Positions 29,267 to 39,856 are shown, numbered from the stretch's first letter. The stretch is DNA of 64,000 nt from Candidatus Multivorans sp. (GCA_965224025.1 OZ245033.1:3136001-3200000), one strand, 5' to 3'. Notes: a model not told the origin generated them from the letters alone. Numbers and translations are program-made.

Positions 29267-29419
29267 TCGAAGAACGATTCGATCACAGGCGGCAACCGAC
29301 GGGCTCGGGCGGTTCCCCGGGTCGAATCGTCCTCGGCTTTGTGGCTATGATCACCGCCGGGCCGGACGGTTCGCACGCCCCGACGAACCACGGACTCGAC
29401 AGAGAGGACAGAATCCGAG

Positions 29420-30220
29420 ATGGCTTTCCCCGCCGTGCTGAAGCGGCGTTCGTTCGGTGAAACCCAACGTCAGGACGCCTGGTGGCTGCAGCCGGTCTCC
29501 GTTGTCGCGGGTCTCGGTCTCGCGAGCGCCTACGCAACCTGGGCGGCGCTTCAGGCAGATCACTACGTATACGGCGGCTACCTGTCGCCGCTGTACTCGC
29601 CCGAGGTCTTCGGCCTCTCGCACCATGCCTGGTTCGAGGGCTTCCCGAGCTGGTGGCCGAGCTTCATCCCGCAGTCGCCGGCGCTGTTCATCCTGATCCT
29701 GCCGCTCGGCTTCCGCGCCACCTGCTACTACTACCGCGGGGCGTACTACAAGGCGTTCTGGGCCGATCCGCCGGCCTGCGCGGTCGGCGAGCCGCGCAAC
29801 GCCTACCGGGGCGAGAATTCCTTTCCGCTGATCGTTCAGAACCTCCACCGCTACTTCCTGTACGCGATGATGGCGTGGATCTTCGTTTTCTTCCCGATCG
29901 ACGTGTACCGGGCGTTCGAGTTCGAGACGGCGTCCGGCGGCCACGCCTTCGGCATCGGCGTCGGCAGCTTCGTCCTCCTGATCAACTGGCTGCTGCTCGG
30001 CGGCTACGCGTTGGGATGCCACTCGACGCGCCACGTGATCGGCGGCTTCCGCAACGCGATGGCCGGGCGGCCGTTCCAGAGCGCCTGCTACCGCTGCGTC
30101 TCGTGCCTGAACCGCCGGCACATGGCCTGGGCCTGGTTCAGCTTGATCTGGGTCACGTTCTCCGACATCTACGTCCGGATGTGCTCGATGGGCATCTGGA
30201 CGGACTTGAGACTGGTCTGA
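29420..30220 (+). CDS. Succinate dehydrogenase/fumarate reductase membrane anchor (Sdh1/Rv0249c-like)
   Basis: GFRATCYYYRGAYY, PPACAV, NLHRYF, LGCHS.RH, LN.RHM; coupled to sdhA. Confidence 0.85.
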   Translation: MAFPAVLKRRSFGETQRQDAWWLQPVSVVAGLGLASAYATWAALQADHYVYGGYLSPLYSPEVFGLSHHAWFEGFPSWWPSFIPQSPALFILILPLGFRATCYYYRGAYYKAFWADPPACAVGEPRNAYRGENSFPLIVQNLHRYFLYAMMAWIFVFFPIDVYRAFEFETASGGHAFGIGVGSFVLLINWLLLGGYALGCHSTRHVIGGFRNAMAGRPFQSACYRCVSCLNRRHMAWAWFSLIWVTFSDIYVRMCSMGIWTDLRLV

Positions 30221-32028
30221 TGGAGCAGACACCCTACGAGTACGACGTGCTGGTGGTCGGCGCGGGCGGGGCCGGACTGCGGGCCGCGATCGAAGTCTCG
30301 GCCGCGGGCGCTTCCTGCGGCGTGATCTGCAAGTCCCTGCTCGGCAAGGCGCATACGGTGATGGCCGAGGGCGGCATGGCGGCCGCGATCGGCAACGTGG
30401 ACGAACGGGACGACTGGAAGGTCCACGTCACGGACACCCTGCGGGGCGGCCAGTACCTGAGCAACCCGAAGATGGCCGAGATCCACGCCAGGGAGGCGCC
30501 GGCGAGGGCGCTGGAACTCGAAGCCTGGGGCGCTCTGTTCGACCGCACGAATGACGGCCGCATCCTGCAGCGCAACTTCGGCGGCCACCGCTATCCACGG
30601 CTGGCCCACGTCGGCGATCGGACCGGGCTGGAGATGATCCGGACCCTGCAGGATCACGGCATCCACCACGGCATCGACTTCCACATGGAGTACACGGTCT
30701 TCCGGCTCCTCCTGGACGACGGCCGGATAGCCGGGGCGCTGGCCTACGACCGGGAACGCGGACGGTTCCGCGCCTACAAGGCGAAGGCGGTCGTGATCGC
30801 CACGGGCGGCATCGGACGCGCCTTCAAGATCACCAGCAACAGTTGGGAGTACACCGGCGACGGCCACACCCTGGCCTACGACGCGGGCGCCGACCTGATC
30901 GACATGGAGTTCGTCCAGTTCCACCCGACGGGCATGGTCTGGCCGCCCAGCGTGCGCGGCATCCTGGTGACCGAGGGCGTGCGCGGCGAGGGTGGGATCC
31001 TCCTGAACTCGGACGGCGAGCGCTTCCTGTTCGACGAGATCCCGGCTCTGTACAAGGACCAGACGGCGGACAGTGCCGAGGAGGGCTGGCGCTATGTCGT
31101 CGGCGACCGCGACGCGCGCCGGCCGCCGGAGCTCCTGACCCGGGACCACGTTGCCCGTTGCATCGTGAATCAGATCAAGTCCGGCAAGGGCTCCCCCCAC
31201 GGCGGCGTCTACCTCGACATCGCCTGGATCAAGGAGAAGATCAGTAACTCCGAGGAGCACATCAGGAAGAAGCTGCCGTCGATGTACCACCAGTTCAAGG
31301 AGCTGGCCGGCCTCGACATCACGAAGGAAAGGATGGAGGTCGGCCCGACGACCCACTACGTGATGGGCGGCGTACGGGTCGACGCCGAAAGCCAGATGTC
31401 GTCCGTCCCCGGCCTCTACGCCGCCGGCGAGTGCGCGGCCGGCTTGCACGGCGCGAACCGGCTTGGCGGCAACTCGCTTTCCGACCTGTTGGTGTTCGGC
31501 AAGCGCGCCGGCGAGTACGCGGCGGGGTTTGCCAAGGAGCAGGGCGACGTCCGGCTCGACGAGGCCGCGGTCGACACGGGGATCAGGGAGGCCCTCCAGC
31601 CCCTCGAGCGGGAGGGCGGCGAAGGTCCGTACCAGATCCAGTACGCACTCCAGGACCTGATGCAGGAGAAGGTCGGCATCGTCCGGGTCGAGTCCGAACT
31701 CGAGGAAGCGGTCGAAGAGATCGGGGCGCTGTCCGAACGGGCGCAGGCCGTGTCGGCGCCTGGCAACCGCGAGTACAACCCGGGCTGGCATACCGCTTTG
31801 GACCTGCACAACCTGATGGTCGTTGCCGAGGCCGTGGCGCGGGCCGGCCTGATGCGGCGCGAGAGCCGCGGCGCCCAGTTCCGCGACGACTACCCGCGGA
31901 AGGACGAGCATTTCGGCAAGGTCAACATCCGGGTCGCCAAGGGGCCGGACGGCGAGATGGTGGTTGAAGAGATGCCGGTGGAACCGATGAGCGACGAACT
32001 GACCAGGCTGGTCGAGGAGATGGGCTGA
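30220..32028 (+). CDS. sdhA: Succinate dehydrogenase/fumarate reductase flavoprotein
   Basis: GAGGAG, AHTVMAEGG, QFHPTG, HYVMGG, HGANRLGGNSL; ATG overlaps the upstream TGA. Confidence 0.93.
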   Translation: MEQTPYEYDVLVVGAGGAGLRAAIEVSAAGASCGVICKSLLGKAHTVMAEGGMAAAIGNVDERDDWKVHVTDTLRGGQYLSNPKMAEIHAREAPARALELEAWGALFDRTNDGRILQRNFGGHRYPRLAHVGDRTGLEMIRTLQDHGIHHGIDFHMEYTVFRLLLDDGRIAGALAYDRERGRFRAYKAKAVVIATGGIGRAFKITSNSWEYTGDGHTLAYDAGADLIDMEFVQFHPTGMVWPPSVRGILVTEGVRGEGGILLNSDGERFLFDEIPALYKDQTADSAEEGWRYVVGDRDARRPPELLTRDHVARCIVNQIKSGKGSPHGGVYLDIAWIKEKISNSEEHIRKKLPSMYHQFKELAGLDITKERMEVGPTTHYVMGGVRVDAESQMSSVPGLYAAGECAAGLHGANRLGGNSLSDLLVFGKRAGEYAAGFAKEQGDVRLDEAAVDTGIREALQPLEREGGEGPYQIQYALQDLMQEKVGIVRVESELEEAVEEIGALSERAQAVSAPGNREYNPGWHTALDLHNLMVVAEAVARAGLMRRESRGAQFRDDYPRKDEHFGKVNIRVAKGPDGEMVVEEMPVEPMSDELTRLVEEMG

Positions 32029-32029
32029 G

Positions 32030-32788
32030 ATGGCCGCGACACAGTTCAGGATCTGGCGTCAGGACGGCGCCGAAGGCGAGGGCGGCTACCGGGACTACGC
32101 GACCGAGGTCACCGAAGGCATGGTCGTCCTGGACGCCGTCCACCAGATCCAGGCCGAGTCGACGAACGATCTCGCCGTGCGCTGGAACTGCAAGGCCGGC
32201 AAGTGCGGATCCTGCTCCGCGGAAGTCAACGGCACGCCGCGGCTCATGTGCATGACGCGAATGAGCGACCTGCCGGCGGACCGCCCGGTCACGGTCGAAC
32301 CGATGCGGGCGTTCCCCGTGATCCGCGATCTGGTCTGCGACGTGTCGTGGAACTACGAGGTCAAGAAGAAGGTCCAGCCGTTCGAGCCGCGGCCGCCTGA
32401 CGCCGAGGACGGCACCTGGCGGATCTCGCAGGAGGATGTCGAGCGGGTTCAGGAGTTCCGCAAGTGCATCGAGTGCTTCCTGTGCCAGGACGTCTGCCAC
32501 GTGCTCCGTGACCACCACCTGCACGACGAGTTCGTCGGCCCGCGCTTCTTCGTCTACAACGCGGCGCTCGAGATGCACCCGCTCGACACGGGGGACCGGT
32601 TGTCGGCGCTCAAGCAGGACGAGGGGATCGGCTACTGCAACATCACCAAGTGCTGCACCAAGGTCTGCCCCGAGCACATCACGATCACCGACAACGCGAT
32701 CATTCCGCTCAAGGAGCGGGTGGTGTCGGAGTTCTACGACCCGCTGAAGAAGCTCTTCCGGGTGTTTTCGGGCGGTTCCGCGGCGTAG
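32030..32788 (+). CDS. sdhB: Succinate dehydrogenase iron-sulfur subunit
   Basis: CKAGKCGSC, CIECFLCQDVC, CNITKCCTKVCP. Confidence 0.93.
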   Translation: MAATQFRIWRQDGAEGEGGYRDYATEVTEGMVVLDAVHQIQAESTNDLAVRWNCKAGKCGSCSAEVNGTPRLMCMTRMSDLPADRPVTVEPMRAFPVIRDLVCDVSWNYEVKKKVQPFEPRPPDAEDGTWRISQEDVERVQEFRKCIECFLCQDVCHVLRDHHLHDEFVGPRFFVYNAALEMHPLDTGDRLSALKQDEGIGYCNITKCCTKVCPEHITITDNAIIPLKERVVSEFYDPLKKLFRVFSGGSAA

Positions 32789-32819
32789 GCGGCCGCCACT
32801 CGAGGGCGGCTGGCCTGCC

Positions 32820-34142
32820 TTACAGTTGCTCGAGGGCCGCTCGCGCTACTTCCGCGTTCTCGTCGTTCGGCGCCATCTCGAGGAACCTGTTCAGGTGTTC
32901 ACGGGCGGCGTTTGCGTCGCTCGCGTTCACCGAGAGCATGCCGAGTTCGTAGTGCGCCCTCGCCCGATCGTCTTCGTCTTCCGCCGCCGTCTCAAGGTAC
33001 TTGGTCAGGTGCTTCCTGGCCGGCCCGGAGTCGGCGCTGCGACGGTAGATCACCCCGAGCCGAAAGTGGGCGCGGGGGTGGTTGTCGTCCCAGGCGATGA
33101 GCGACTGATCGTAGAGCTTCGCGTTGCCGTAGACCTCTTGCTTGAAGAGCTGGTCGGCCTGGTGCTGCACCTGGGCGCCGGCGGTCGGATTCACCGCGAT
33201 CCAGGCCTTGCCGGCCTCGACCGAGTCCTCCAGTTGACCCTGCAGGGCAAAGCTGAAGAACCTCATCCGCATCGCTTCGGTGTTCCTCGGATCGAGTTCC
33301 AGGGTCTTCTCCAGTGCCTCCAGTGCCGGTTCCCAGTTCTGGTTGTTGAAGTGGATCGTGCCGATGTTGCGGTAAGCTTGGTAGAGCTTCGGGTTGAGCG
33401 AAGCCGCCTCGGTGAACAGTTCGACGGCGCGCTCGTCGTCGCTGTCACGAACTGCCTGGACTCCCTGCGAGAAGACGCCTGCCGCGATCTCCATGCCCAT
33501 GCCGGCGTCGATCGCCCGTTGCTTCGCGTCTTCGACCCGTGGATCGCCCGCGGCGAGGAAGATGTCGAACGCCATGCCGACGAACTCCGGCGGCAGTTCC
33601 TCGAACTCGAGGTACTTGTCCAGCGGCTCCAGCGCTTCCGCGGGCTTGCCCATCCCGTGCAGGATCGCGGCGATCGTGCGGTGGGCGGCGGCAAGGCTGG
33701 GATCGATCTCCACCGCCTTCTGGAACAGCTCCAAGGCACTCTCGGCGTCGCCCCCCTGAATCGCCCGGATGCCGTCGTTGAAGTTGTCGACGGCCTGCTG
33801 CTTGGTCATCGTTTCTTCGTCGTAGAGCGTGGCGGCAAACGAACGATCGGGGCCTCCTTCGTTGAGGAGGAACTCATGCTCCTGGTCCGGGTAGCCCTCC
33901 ATCCGCAACACCACCTTCCACGGTTCTTCCGACGTCGTCAGCCGGATCCTGAGCTTGCCGTTCTTCTTGGTGGCCGCTTCGATCACCTCGCCCTCGGGCG
34001 ACGTGAAGGTGAGACTCACCGGCCCCACTTCGGCACCGTTCATGTCGACGATCTGCACATTCAGCTCGCTGCGCTGGGCGGCCGCGGCAGAGGCGAGGAG
34101 GAGAAGAGCGAGGGGAAGAAGTCGAAGGGCGAGTTTCTGCAT
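32820..34142 (-). CDS. Secreted TPR-repeat protein
   Basis: Signal peptide MQKLALRLL..AAAAQ; several TPR motifs (KAVEIDP, AYRNIG, AHYELG). Confidence 0.85.
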   Translation of the reverse strand: MQKLALRLLPLALLLLASAAAAQRSELNVQIVDMNGAEVGPVSLTFTSPEGEVIEAATKKNGKLRIRLTTSEEPWKVVLRMEGYPDQEHEFLLNEGGPDRSFAATLYDEETMTKQQAVDNFNDGIRAIQGGDAESALELFQKAVEIDPSLAAAHRTIAAILHGMGKPAEALEPLDKYLEFEELPPEFVGMAFDIFLAAGDPRVEDAKQRAIDAGMGMEIAAGVFSQGVQAVRDSDDERAVELFTEAASLNPKLYQAYRNIGTIHFNNQNWEPALEALEKTLELDPRNTEAMRMRFFSFALQGQLEDSVEAGKAWIAVNPTAGAQVQHQADQLFKQEVYGNAKLYDQSLIAWDDNHPRAHFRLGVIYRRSADSGPARKHLTKYLETAAEDEDDRARAHYELGMLSVNASDANAAREHLNRFLEMAPNDENAEVARAALEQL

Positions 34143-34264
34143 GGTCTGGGTCCTCAAGGTCGGCCGCCGCACCCGCGGGCCGGCGCTTCACCGGGGAAGA
34201 GTGGAGGGATTCCGCCGATTCTAGCGCTTGACGCAGCCTTCGCGAGTGGGGGATCGCACGACCC

Positions 34265-34945
34265 ATGGACGCCGACGACTTTTTCGAACTGCTCTCCACT
34301 GCCCGATCGGTTCGCCGCTACAGCCCGGAACCGATGCCCGACGAGGATCTGGCGAAGATCCTTTACGCCGCGAGCCGGGCGCCGTCCGGTACGAACCGCC
34401 AGCCTTTTCGCTTCATCGTCCTGCGTGACGGGCCGCGCGCCCGGCGCGCCCGCCGCCTGCTCGGGGAGTCCTTCCGCCGCGGCTGGGCTCGCAAGACGGC
34501 GGAGGAAGGCTGGAACACGGGCTCGGCCGCCGATCCGAACTCGCCGAAGTCGCGGGTGAACCGCGCGATCCAGCACTACGTGGACCACTTCGAGCGGATC
34601 CCGGCGGTCATCATCGCCTGTTACGTCCGCTACCGGCCGTTGACCCACTCCGAGGGCGCGTCCGTCTTCCCGGCCTGCCAGAACCTGTTCCTCATGGCGC
34701 GGGCCTTGGGCTACGGCGCCTGCTACAGCGGCTGGCACCACGCCGTCGCGGACGAACTGCGGGAGATCCTGGAGATTCCGGAGAACGTCGAGCTGTCGCT
34801 GACGATCACGATCGGCAGGCCCCTGGGGCGCCACGGACCGCTGCGCCGAAGGCCGATCCGCGACACGGTCTTCGACGATTGCTGGGAACAGGGTGCCGAG
34901 TGGATCAGCGATCCGCCGGATGCCCGGTTGTCGAAACGGCGCTAG
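34265..34945 (+). CDS. Nitroreductase-family protein
   Basis: RSVRRY, APSGTNRQP, QNL.L.ARALGYG. Confidence 0.9.
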   Translation: MDADDFFELLSTARSVRRYSPEPMPDEDLAKILYAASRAPSGTNRQPFRFIVLRDGPRARRARRLLGESFRRGWARKTAEEGWNTGSAADPNSPKSRVNRAIQHYVDHFERIPAVIIACYVRYRPLTHSEGASVFPACQNLFLMARALGYGACYSGWHHAVADELREILEIPENVELSLTITIGRPLGRHGPLRRRPIRDTVFDDCWEQGAEWISDPPDARLSKRR

Positions 34946-36929
34946 GGCCCTGGCCGGCCGGCAGGGCGTAGGCCACCAGGGAGTGTTCCTGGCCGCGGTT
35001 GCCGACCGGTACGACGATGAACTGGCGCCCCCCGACGGTGTAGGTCATCGGGCCGCCGCCCGGAGTGTCGGGCAGTTCGGTCCGCCAGACCTCTTCGCCC
35101 GTCCCTTTGTCGAATGCGTAGAGGAAGCCGGTCGACGGGCCGCGGGACGCGAAGCCGCCGGGCCCTTCCTGGTAGGTGCCTCGCACTTGCTCACTGGTGA
35201 CGACGAAAACAAGCGTGGCGGTCGCCATCGGCCAGCCCGGCGTAAGACCGGCGAGCGGCCAGGCGCCGAGCGGGCCGAGGTCGAGGTCGGCCAGGGCCGG
35301 GTGGTCGCGCGGACCGTCGCCGACCGGGGTCTGCCACAGGATCTCACCGCGATTCAGATCGATCGCGGTCAGCCGGCTCCAGGGCGGCTTGACGAGCGGC
35401 AGACCCTTGGGCCCGGCGGGGAACGTGAACGCGGGCAGGTAGTCGCGGTCGGAGGGCTGACGCGTGGTCGGCGCGGTGAGCCCCATCGTGCCGAGCCGGG
35501 TCTGCGAGGGCACGAACAGGACGCCGCTGTTCGGATCGACGGCGGCGCCGCCCCAGTTCGCGCCGCCGGCCTGACCGGGCAACTGCGCCATCGCCGCCTT
35601 GCCGTTGTTGCCGGCCACGATCGGCGGCGTGAACAGCGGGCCTCCGAGGAGGGTCTCACGGTAGATCTCGACCGCCTTGGCGTTGAGTTCGGGCGTGAAG
35701 TCGATCAGGTCGCTCTCGCGCACCCCCTGGCGGTCGAAGGGCGGCGGCTTGGTGGGGAAGGGCTGCATGCTCGCGGTCCATTCCCCGGGAACCAGGCTCT
35801 CGGGGACCTTGCGCTCCTCGATCGGCCACACCGGCTTGCCGGTCTTGCGGTCGAAAACGTAGGTGAAGGCCTGCTTGCTGACCTGCGCCACCGCCTCGAT
35901 GCGCTTCCCGTCGACCTCGATGTCGAGCAGGATCGGCGCGCATGGGAAGTCGTAGTCCCACAGGCCGTGCCGCACCGCCTGGAAGTGCCATTTCTTCTCG
36001 CCGGTCGCGGTATCGATCGCGACCAGACTCTCGGCGTAGAGGTTGTCGCCGTGGCGGTGGCCGCCGTAGTAGTCGCTGGTCGGCGTGCCGGTGCCGAAGT
36101 AGACCCAGCCCGTCTCGTCGTCGCAGCTCATCCAGGACCACACGTTCGTGTTGCCCGAGTAGCGCCAGGACTCGTCGTGCCAGGTCTCGGCTCCGGGCTC
36201 GTCGCCCTGGGGCACGGTATGGAAGACCCATTTCTTCTCTCCGGTGCGGATGTCGTAGCCGCGAATATGGCCGGCCGGCATCTCCTGGGTCAGGGAGAAG
36301 TCCATGATCGTCATGCCCATGAGAATCGTGTCGCCGCAGACGATGCCGGGCGAGTTCGCGCCGGTGTGGCGCATTTGGTCCGGCCGGCCGATGTCGCCGC
36401 GCATGTCGACCATCCCGGCTTCGCCGAACTCGAGGTCGGGCTTGCCGGTCTTCGCGTCGAGGGAGACGAGCTGGTGGGTGCCGGTGACCAGCACGATCCG
36501 CTGCATGCCGCGGTGCTCCCAGAACTCGATGCCGCGCTGGGTGAAGCCGCCGTGGGTCGGGATGCCGCGCTCGTAGGCCAGCGGGTCGTAGGTCCAGAGC
36601 TCCTCGCCGGTCGCGGGGTTGACCGCGCTCACCAGGTTCATCGCCGAGACGGCGTACAGCGTGTCGTTCACCATGAGCGGCGTGCCCTTGAGGTCCCCGG
36701 CAAGGGTCTGCGCTTCGACCCGGCTGTCCGGTGTGGCCCAGCGCCAGGCGACCTCGAGTTCCGACACGTTCGAGGCGTCGACCTGAGCCGCCGGCGAGTA
36801 CTTCGTGCTGGCGCGATCAGCGGCGTAGTGGCGCCATTCGACCGTCTCCTGCGCGGAGGCGGCGGAGGAGGCGAGCAGACCCACCGTGAGGCTCAGGGCG
36901 AACCGCGTAGTCGAGTTGCGATGGGTCAT
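34905..36929 (-). CDS. PQQ-dependent dehydrogenase (glucose/quinate-type)
   Basis: KYSP..QV...NV..L..AW, HGLWDYD, GGANW.G, PWSRLTAIDL..GE..W. Confidence 0.9.
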   Translation of the reverse strand: MTHRNSTTRFALSLTVGLLASSAASAQETVEWRHYAADRASTKYSPAAQVDASNVSELEVAWRWATPDSRVEAQTLAGDLKGTPLMVNDTLYAVSAMNLVSAVNPATGEELWTYDPLAYERGIPTHGGFTQRGIEFWEHRGMQRIVLVTGTHQLVSLDAKTGKPDLEFGEAGMVDMRGDIGRPDQMRHTGANSPGIVCGDTILMGMTIMDFSLTQEMPAGHIRGYDIRTGEKKWVFHTVPQGDEPGAETWHDESWRYSGNTNVWSWMSCDDETGWVYFGTGTPTSDYYGGHRHGDNLYAESLVAIDTATGEKKWHFQAVRHGLWDYDFPCAPILLDIEVDGKRIEAVAQVSKQAFTYVFDRKTGKPVWPIEERKVPESLVPGEWTASMQPFPTKPPPFDRQGVRESDLIDFTPELNAKAVEIYRETLLGGPLFTPPIVAGNNGKAAMAQLPGQAGGANWGGAAVDPNSGVLFVPSQTRLGTMGLTAPTTRQPSDRDYLPAFTFPAGPKGLPLVKPPWSRLTAIDLNRGEILWQTPVGDGPRDHPALADLDLGPLGAWPLAGLTPGWPMATATLVFVVTSEQVRGTYQEGPGGFASRGPSTGFLYAFDKGTGEEVWRTELPDTPGGGPMTYTVGGRQFIVVPVGNRGQEHSLVAYALPAGQGPSAVSTTGHPADR

Positions 36930-37006
36930 GCTGGTGTCCCTCTCGGGTGTAGGTCGCGTCGCGTTCCGGCGCCGTTGGATCGGCGCCCCTTGTCAGCGTC
37001 CCTTGA

Positions 37007-37804
37007 TCAGCGTCCCTTGAATTGGGCGGGCCGCTTCTCGAGGAAGGCGAGGACTCCCTCGCGGGAGTCTTCCGTAGCGCCGGCTTCCGCCTGCAGCCTC
37101 GCCTCCAGGTCGAGTTGCTGCTCGTACACGTTCTGCCAGGTAGCCCAATAGGCCTTCCGGATCATCGCCAGGGAGCGCGGGCCGTCGGCGAGGCGATGGG
37201 CCAGCTCGGTGGCTCCCTCCATCAGGGACTCCTGGTCGTCGTACAGGCGGTTGATCAGGCCCCATTCGAACGCCTTGTCGGCCGGCAGACGTTCCGCGAG
37301 CATCGAGAGTTCCACAGCGCGGCCCCAGCCGATCAGGCGCGGCAGCATGAAGGTCGCGCCGCCGTCGGGCACCAGGCCGATGCGCGCGAACGCCTGCAGG
37401 AAGAAGGCCTGCTTCGAGGCGCAGACCAGGTCGCCGATCAGGGCGAAGCTCATGCCGACGCCCGCCGCGGCCCCGTGCACTGCCGTCACGATCGGCAGGT
37501 CCAGGTCGCGTAGCGACAGCAGCAGGGGGTGGTAGTTGTTGCGCAGGTTCTCGCGGGCCGTCAGGTTCACGCTCCCCTCTTCCTGGTTGCCGCGGCCGGA
37601 GAGGTTGGCCCCGGAACAGAAGGCACGGCCCGCTCCGGTAAGCAGGAGGGCGCGCACGCCGCTCTTTGGATCGCGGATGCGCAGCACCGCGTCGCCCAGT
37701 TCGCCGACCATCGTGGCGTCCGTCGCGTTCAGCACCTCCGGGTGGTTCAGCTTGATGACGGCGAGATCCCCGTCCCGTTCGAGCAGGATCCGTTCGTAGT
37801 TCAT
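37007..37804 (-). CDS. Enoyl-CoA hydratase/isomerase
   Basis: GRAFCSGANL, GAAAGVG, IGLVPDGG, EGV.AFLEKR...F.G. Confidence 0.92.
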   Translation of the reverse strand: MNYERILLERDGDLAVIKLNHPEVLNATDATMVGELGDAVLRIRDPKSGVRALLLTGAGRAFCSGANLSGRGNQEEGSVNLTARENLRNNYHPLLLSLRDLDLPIVTAVHGAAAGVGMSFALIGDLVCASKQAFFLQAFARIGLVPDGGATFMLPRLIGWGRAVELSMLAERLPADKAFEWGLINRLYDDQESLMEGATELAHRLADGPRSLAMIRKAYWATWQNVYEQQLDLEARLQAEAGATEDSREGVLAFLEKRPAQFKGR

Positions 37805-37811
37805 TGCTCCT

Positions 37812-38234
37812 TCATTCCTCCGGGTACTTCTCCCTCATCGCGTCGAGGGCGCTCCCGATCAGCTCTTCGAGCACGCCGATATCGATGTCGGCCAGCTTGT
37901 TGATGTAGAGGCAGGACTTGCCGGTCCGGTGCTTGCCAAGTCGGGAGAGGAGCTCGTCATAGTTCGAGAACCCGGGCATGACATAGACGGTCAAGCTCTG
38001 TTTGCGAGGCGAGAAACCGATGCGCGGCCACTCGCCGGAGCGGCCGCTCGCGTAGCGGTAGCGGTAGGTGCCGAAACCGACAATCGCGGCGCCCCACATC
38101 CGGGGCTCTTCGCCGGTGATCCGCTTCATCAACTCAAGCACGGTGAAGCTGTCCTCGCGCCGCCGCTCGTTGCCGACCGAGCCCAGGAACACCTCGACAT
38201 CGGCGTCGTTCTGCTTCGTCTTCAGTTCGCTCAC
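37812..38234 (-). CDS. DUF1801 domain protein
   Basis: ITGEEPRMWG..IVGFG.Y.YRYASG, GFSPRK, LGKH.TGKSCLYI. Confidence 0.9.
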   Translation of the reverse strand: MSELKTKQNDADVEVFLGSVGNERRREDSFTVLELMKRITGEEPRMWGAAIVGFGTYRYRYASGRSGEWPRIGFSPRKQSLTVYVMPGFSNYDELLSRLGKHRTGKSCLYINKLADIDIGVLEELIGSALDAMREKYPEE

Positions 38235-38426
38235 AAGCGACCCTCGATCGGGGCAAGAAATCACCGCCCTGCGGAAGGAAGCGGCTACCGTAGCAGACGG
38301 CCGGATGCAGCCGGAGTGCGCCGCAGACTGCGGGGTGTGCCAACCGAGCGCTCGATGACTCGCGCACGGAGTGTTTCGCGGGTGGCGCCCGTCGCGCCAC
38401 CCGGGTTCGCTTATGCTCGACAGGTC

Positions 38427-39797
38427 GTGAGCGCGAACGGCCACTACTGCATCATGGGCATCGGCGATATGGGCTTCCATATTGCCGATGCGTTCGGACG
38501 CGAGGGCCGGAGCCTGACACTGATCGACGTCGATCCGGACAAGGGGCAGCGGATCGAGGAGGAGCTGGACGCGGCCTTCGTGGTCGGCAACGGCGCCCAC
38601 CAGGCGGTGCTCGAGCGGGCGCACGTCGATGCCGCTGACCTCTTTATCGCCGCTTCTTCGTCGGAAGAGGCGAACCTGGTGGCGTCCGTCATCGCCCGCA
38701 ACCTGGGCGCCAAGCGCTGCGTGGTGCGGCTCGACACCTCCGAGGATCTGACCGTCTACCGCCGCTCCTACGAGCGGTTGTTCGGCGCCGACCTCCTGCT
38801 GTCGCCCCAGAGTCTGGCCACCAACGCGATCCTGAACGTCGTGCTCGGCCACCACACCTACGAAGTCGACTACCTGGCCAAGGGGCGTTTCGAGTTGCGC
38901 ACGATCCAGGTGCAGGCGAACAGCGCCGTCGCCAGCCGGCCGCTCCGGGAGCTGCCTCTTCCCGAGGGCGCCCGGATCGTCGGCTACTTCGACGAGGAGC
39001 ACGAGTTGTCGATCCCGGGGCCGGACCTGCGGGCCGCGCCGGGTGGACTGGCGATGGTCCTGTGCCGCACGCAGTCCACACACGACGTGGAGGAGTTGTT
39101 CGCGTCCCGCGTCGAACATCCCCACACCGTGGCCGTTGCTGGCGGCAGTTCGGCCGCGGTCGCGCTGGTCAAGGCGTTACGGAGCGAAGTCAAGCGGCTG
39201 CGCTGGATCGAGCGCGACCGGCGGCGTGCCGAGTTCCTGGCGCAGTCGTTTCCCGATGTCGAGGTGCTGCACGGCGACCCGATCGACGCCGCGACCATGG
39301 AGAGCGAGGGACTCGGCCGAGCCGACGTTCTGATCGCAGCCACCAGCCACGACGACAGCAACGTGGTGGCGGGGCTGATCGCCCAGGAGTTGGGCGTGCG
39401 GCAGGTGGTCGCTCTGATCCACTACACGACGAGCCGGCTCTGGCAGCGGGTCGGCGAAGTCGAGCTCGTGTCGCCGCACTCCCTGGCGATCGACCATGTG
39501 CGCAACTTCGTCGCCAACGGCTACAAGGCGAACCTGGTCAACCTGGCCGACGGCGCCTTGCAGGTGGTTCAGCGCGTGATCCACGAGGCCAGCCCGGCGG
39601 CCGGCGCCACGCTTGCCGACCTTCAGGCGCCCAGCGGCCTGATCGTGGGCGCCGTGGTGCGAGGCGACCGGGTGTTCATGCCCGAGCGCAGCAACATGCT
39701 GCGCGCGAACGATCAGGTCATCCTGTTCGTGCACCGCTCGCAGACCCAGATGGCCCGGCTCCTGTTCCCGGGCAGCGAAAGCGAAGTCGCCAGCTAG
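38427..39797 (+). CDS. trkA: Trk potassium-uptake NAD-binding subunit
   Basis: Two RCK_N/RCK_C pairs (G.GDMG, GNG, GDPID, DDSN); no trkH in the window. Confidence 0.85.
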   Translation: MSANGHYCIMGIGDMGFHIADAFGREGRSLTLIDVDPDKGQRIEEELDAAFVVGNGAHQAVLERAHVDAADLFIAASSSEEANLVASVIARNLGAKRCVVRLDTSEDLTVYRRSYERLFGADLLLSPQSLATNAILNVVLGHHTYEVDYLAKGRFELRTIQVQANSAVASRPLRELPLPEGARIVGYFDEEHELSIPGPDLRAAPGGLAMVLCRTQSTHDVEELFASRVEHPHTVAVAGGSSAAVALVKALRSEVKRLRWIERDRRRAEFLAQSFPDVEVLHGDPIDAATMESEGLGRADVLIAATSHDDSNVVAGLIAQELGVRQVVALIHYTTSRLWQRVGEVELVSPHSLAIDHVRNFVANGYKANLVNLADGALQVVQRVIHEASPAAGATLADLQAPSGLIVGAVVRGDRVFMPERSNMLRANDQVILFVHRSQTQMARLLFPGSESEVAS

Positions 39798-39856
39798 CCG
39801 GCTTCTTCGGAGGCACCAGTCCGCTCCTGCGGCCTCCGGTGCGGACTGTCGCGGGT

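Noticed and set aside
29482-30219. 246-aa N-terminal extension of SdhA
   Set aside because: It is an alternate frame of the anchor gene; the real ATG at 30220 overlaps the anchor stop.
37929-39125. Long extensions of TrkA (from 37929) and DUF1801 (from 39125)
   Set aside because: They are mutual antisense overlaps; family homology begins at 38427 and 38234 respectively.
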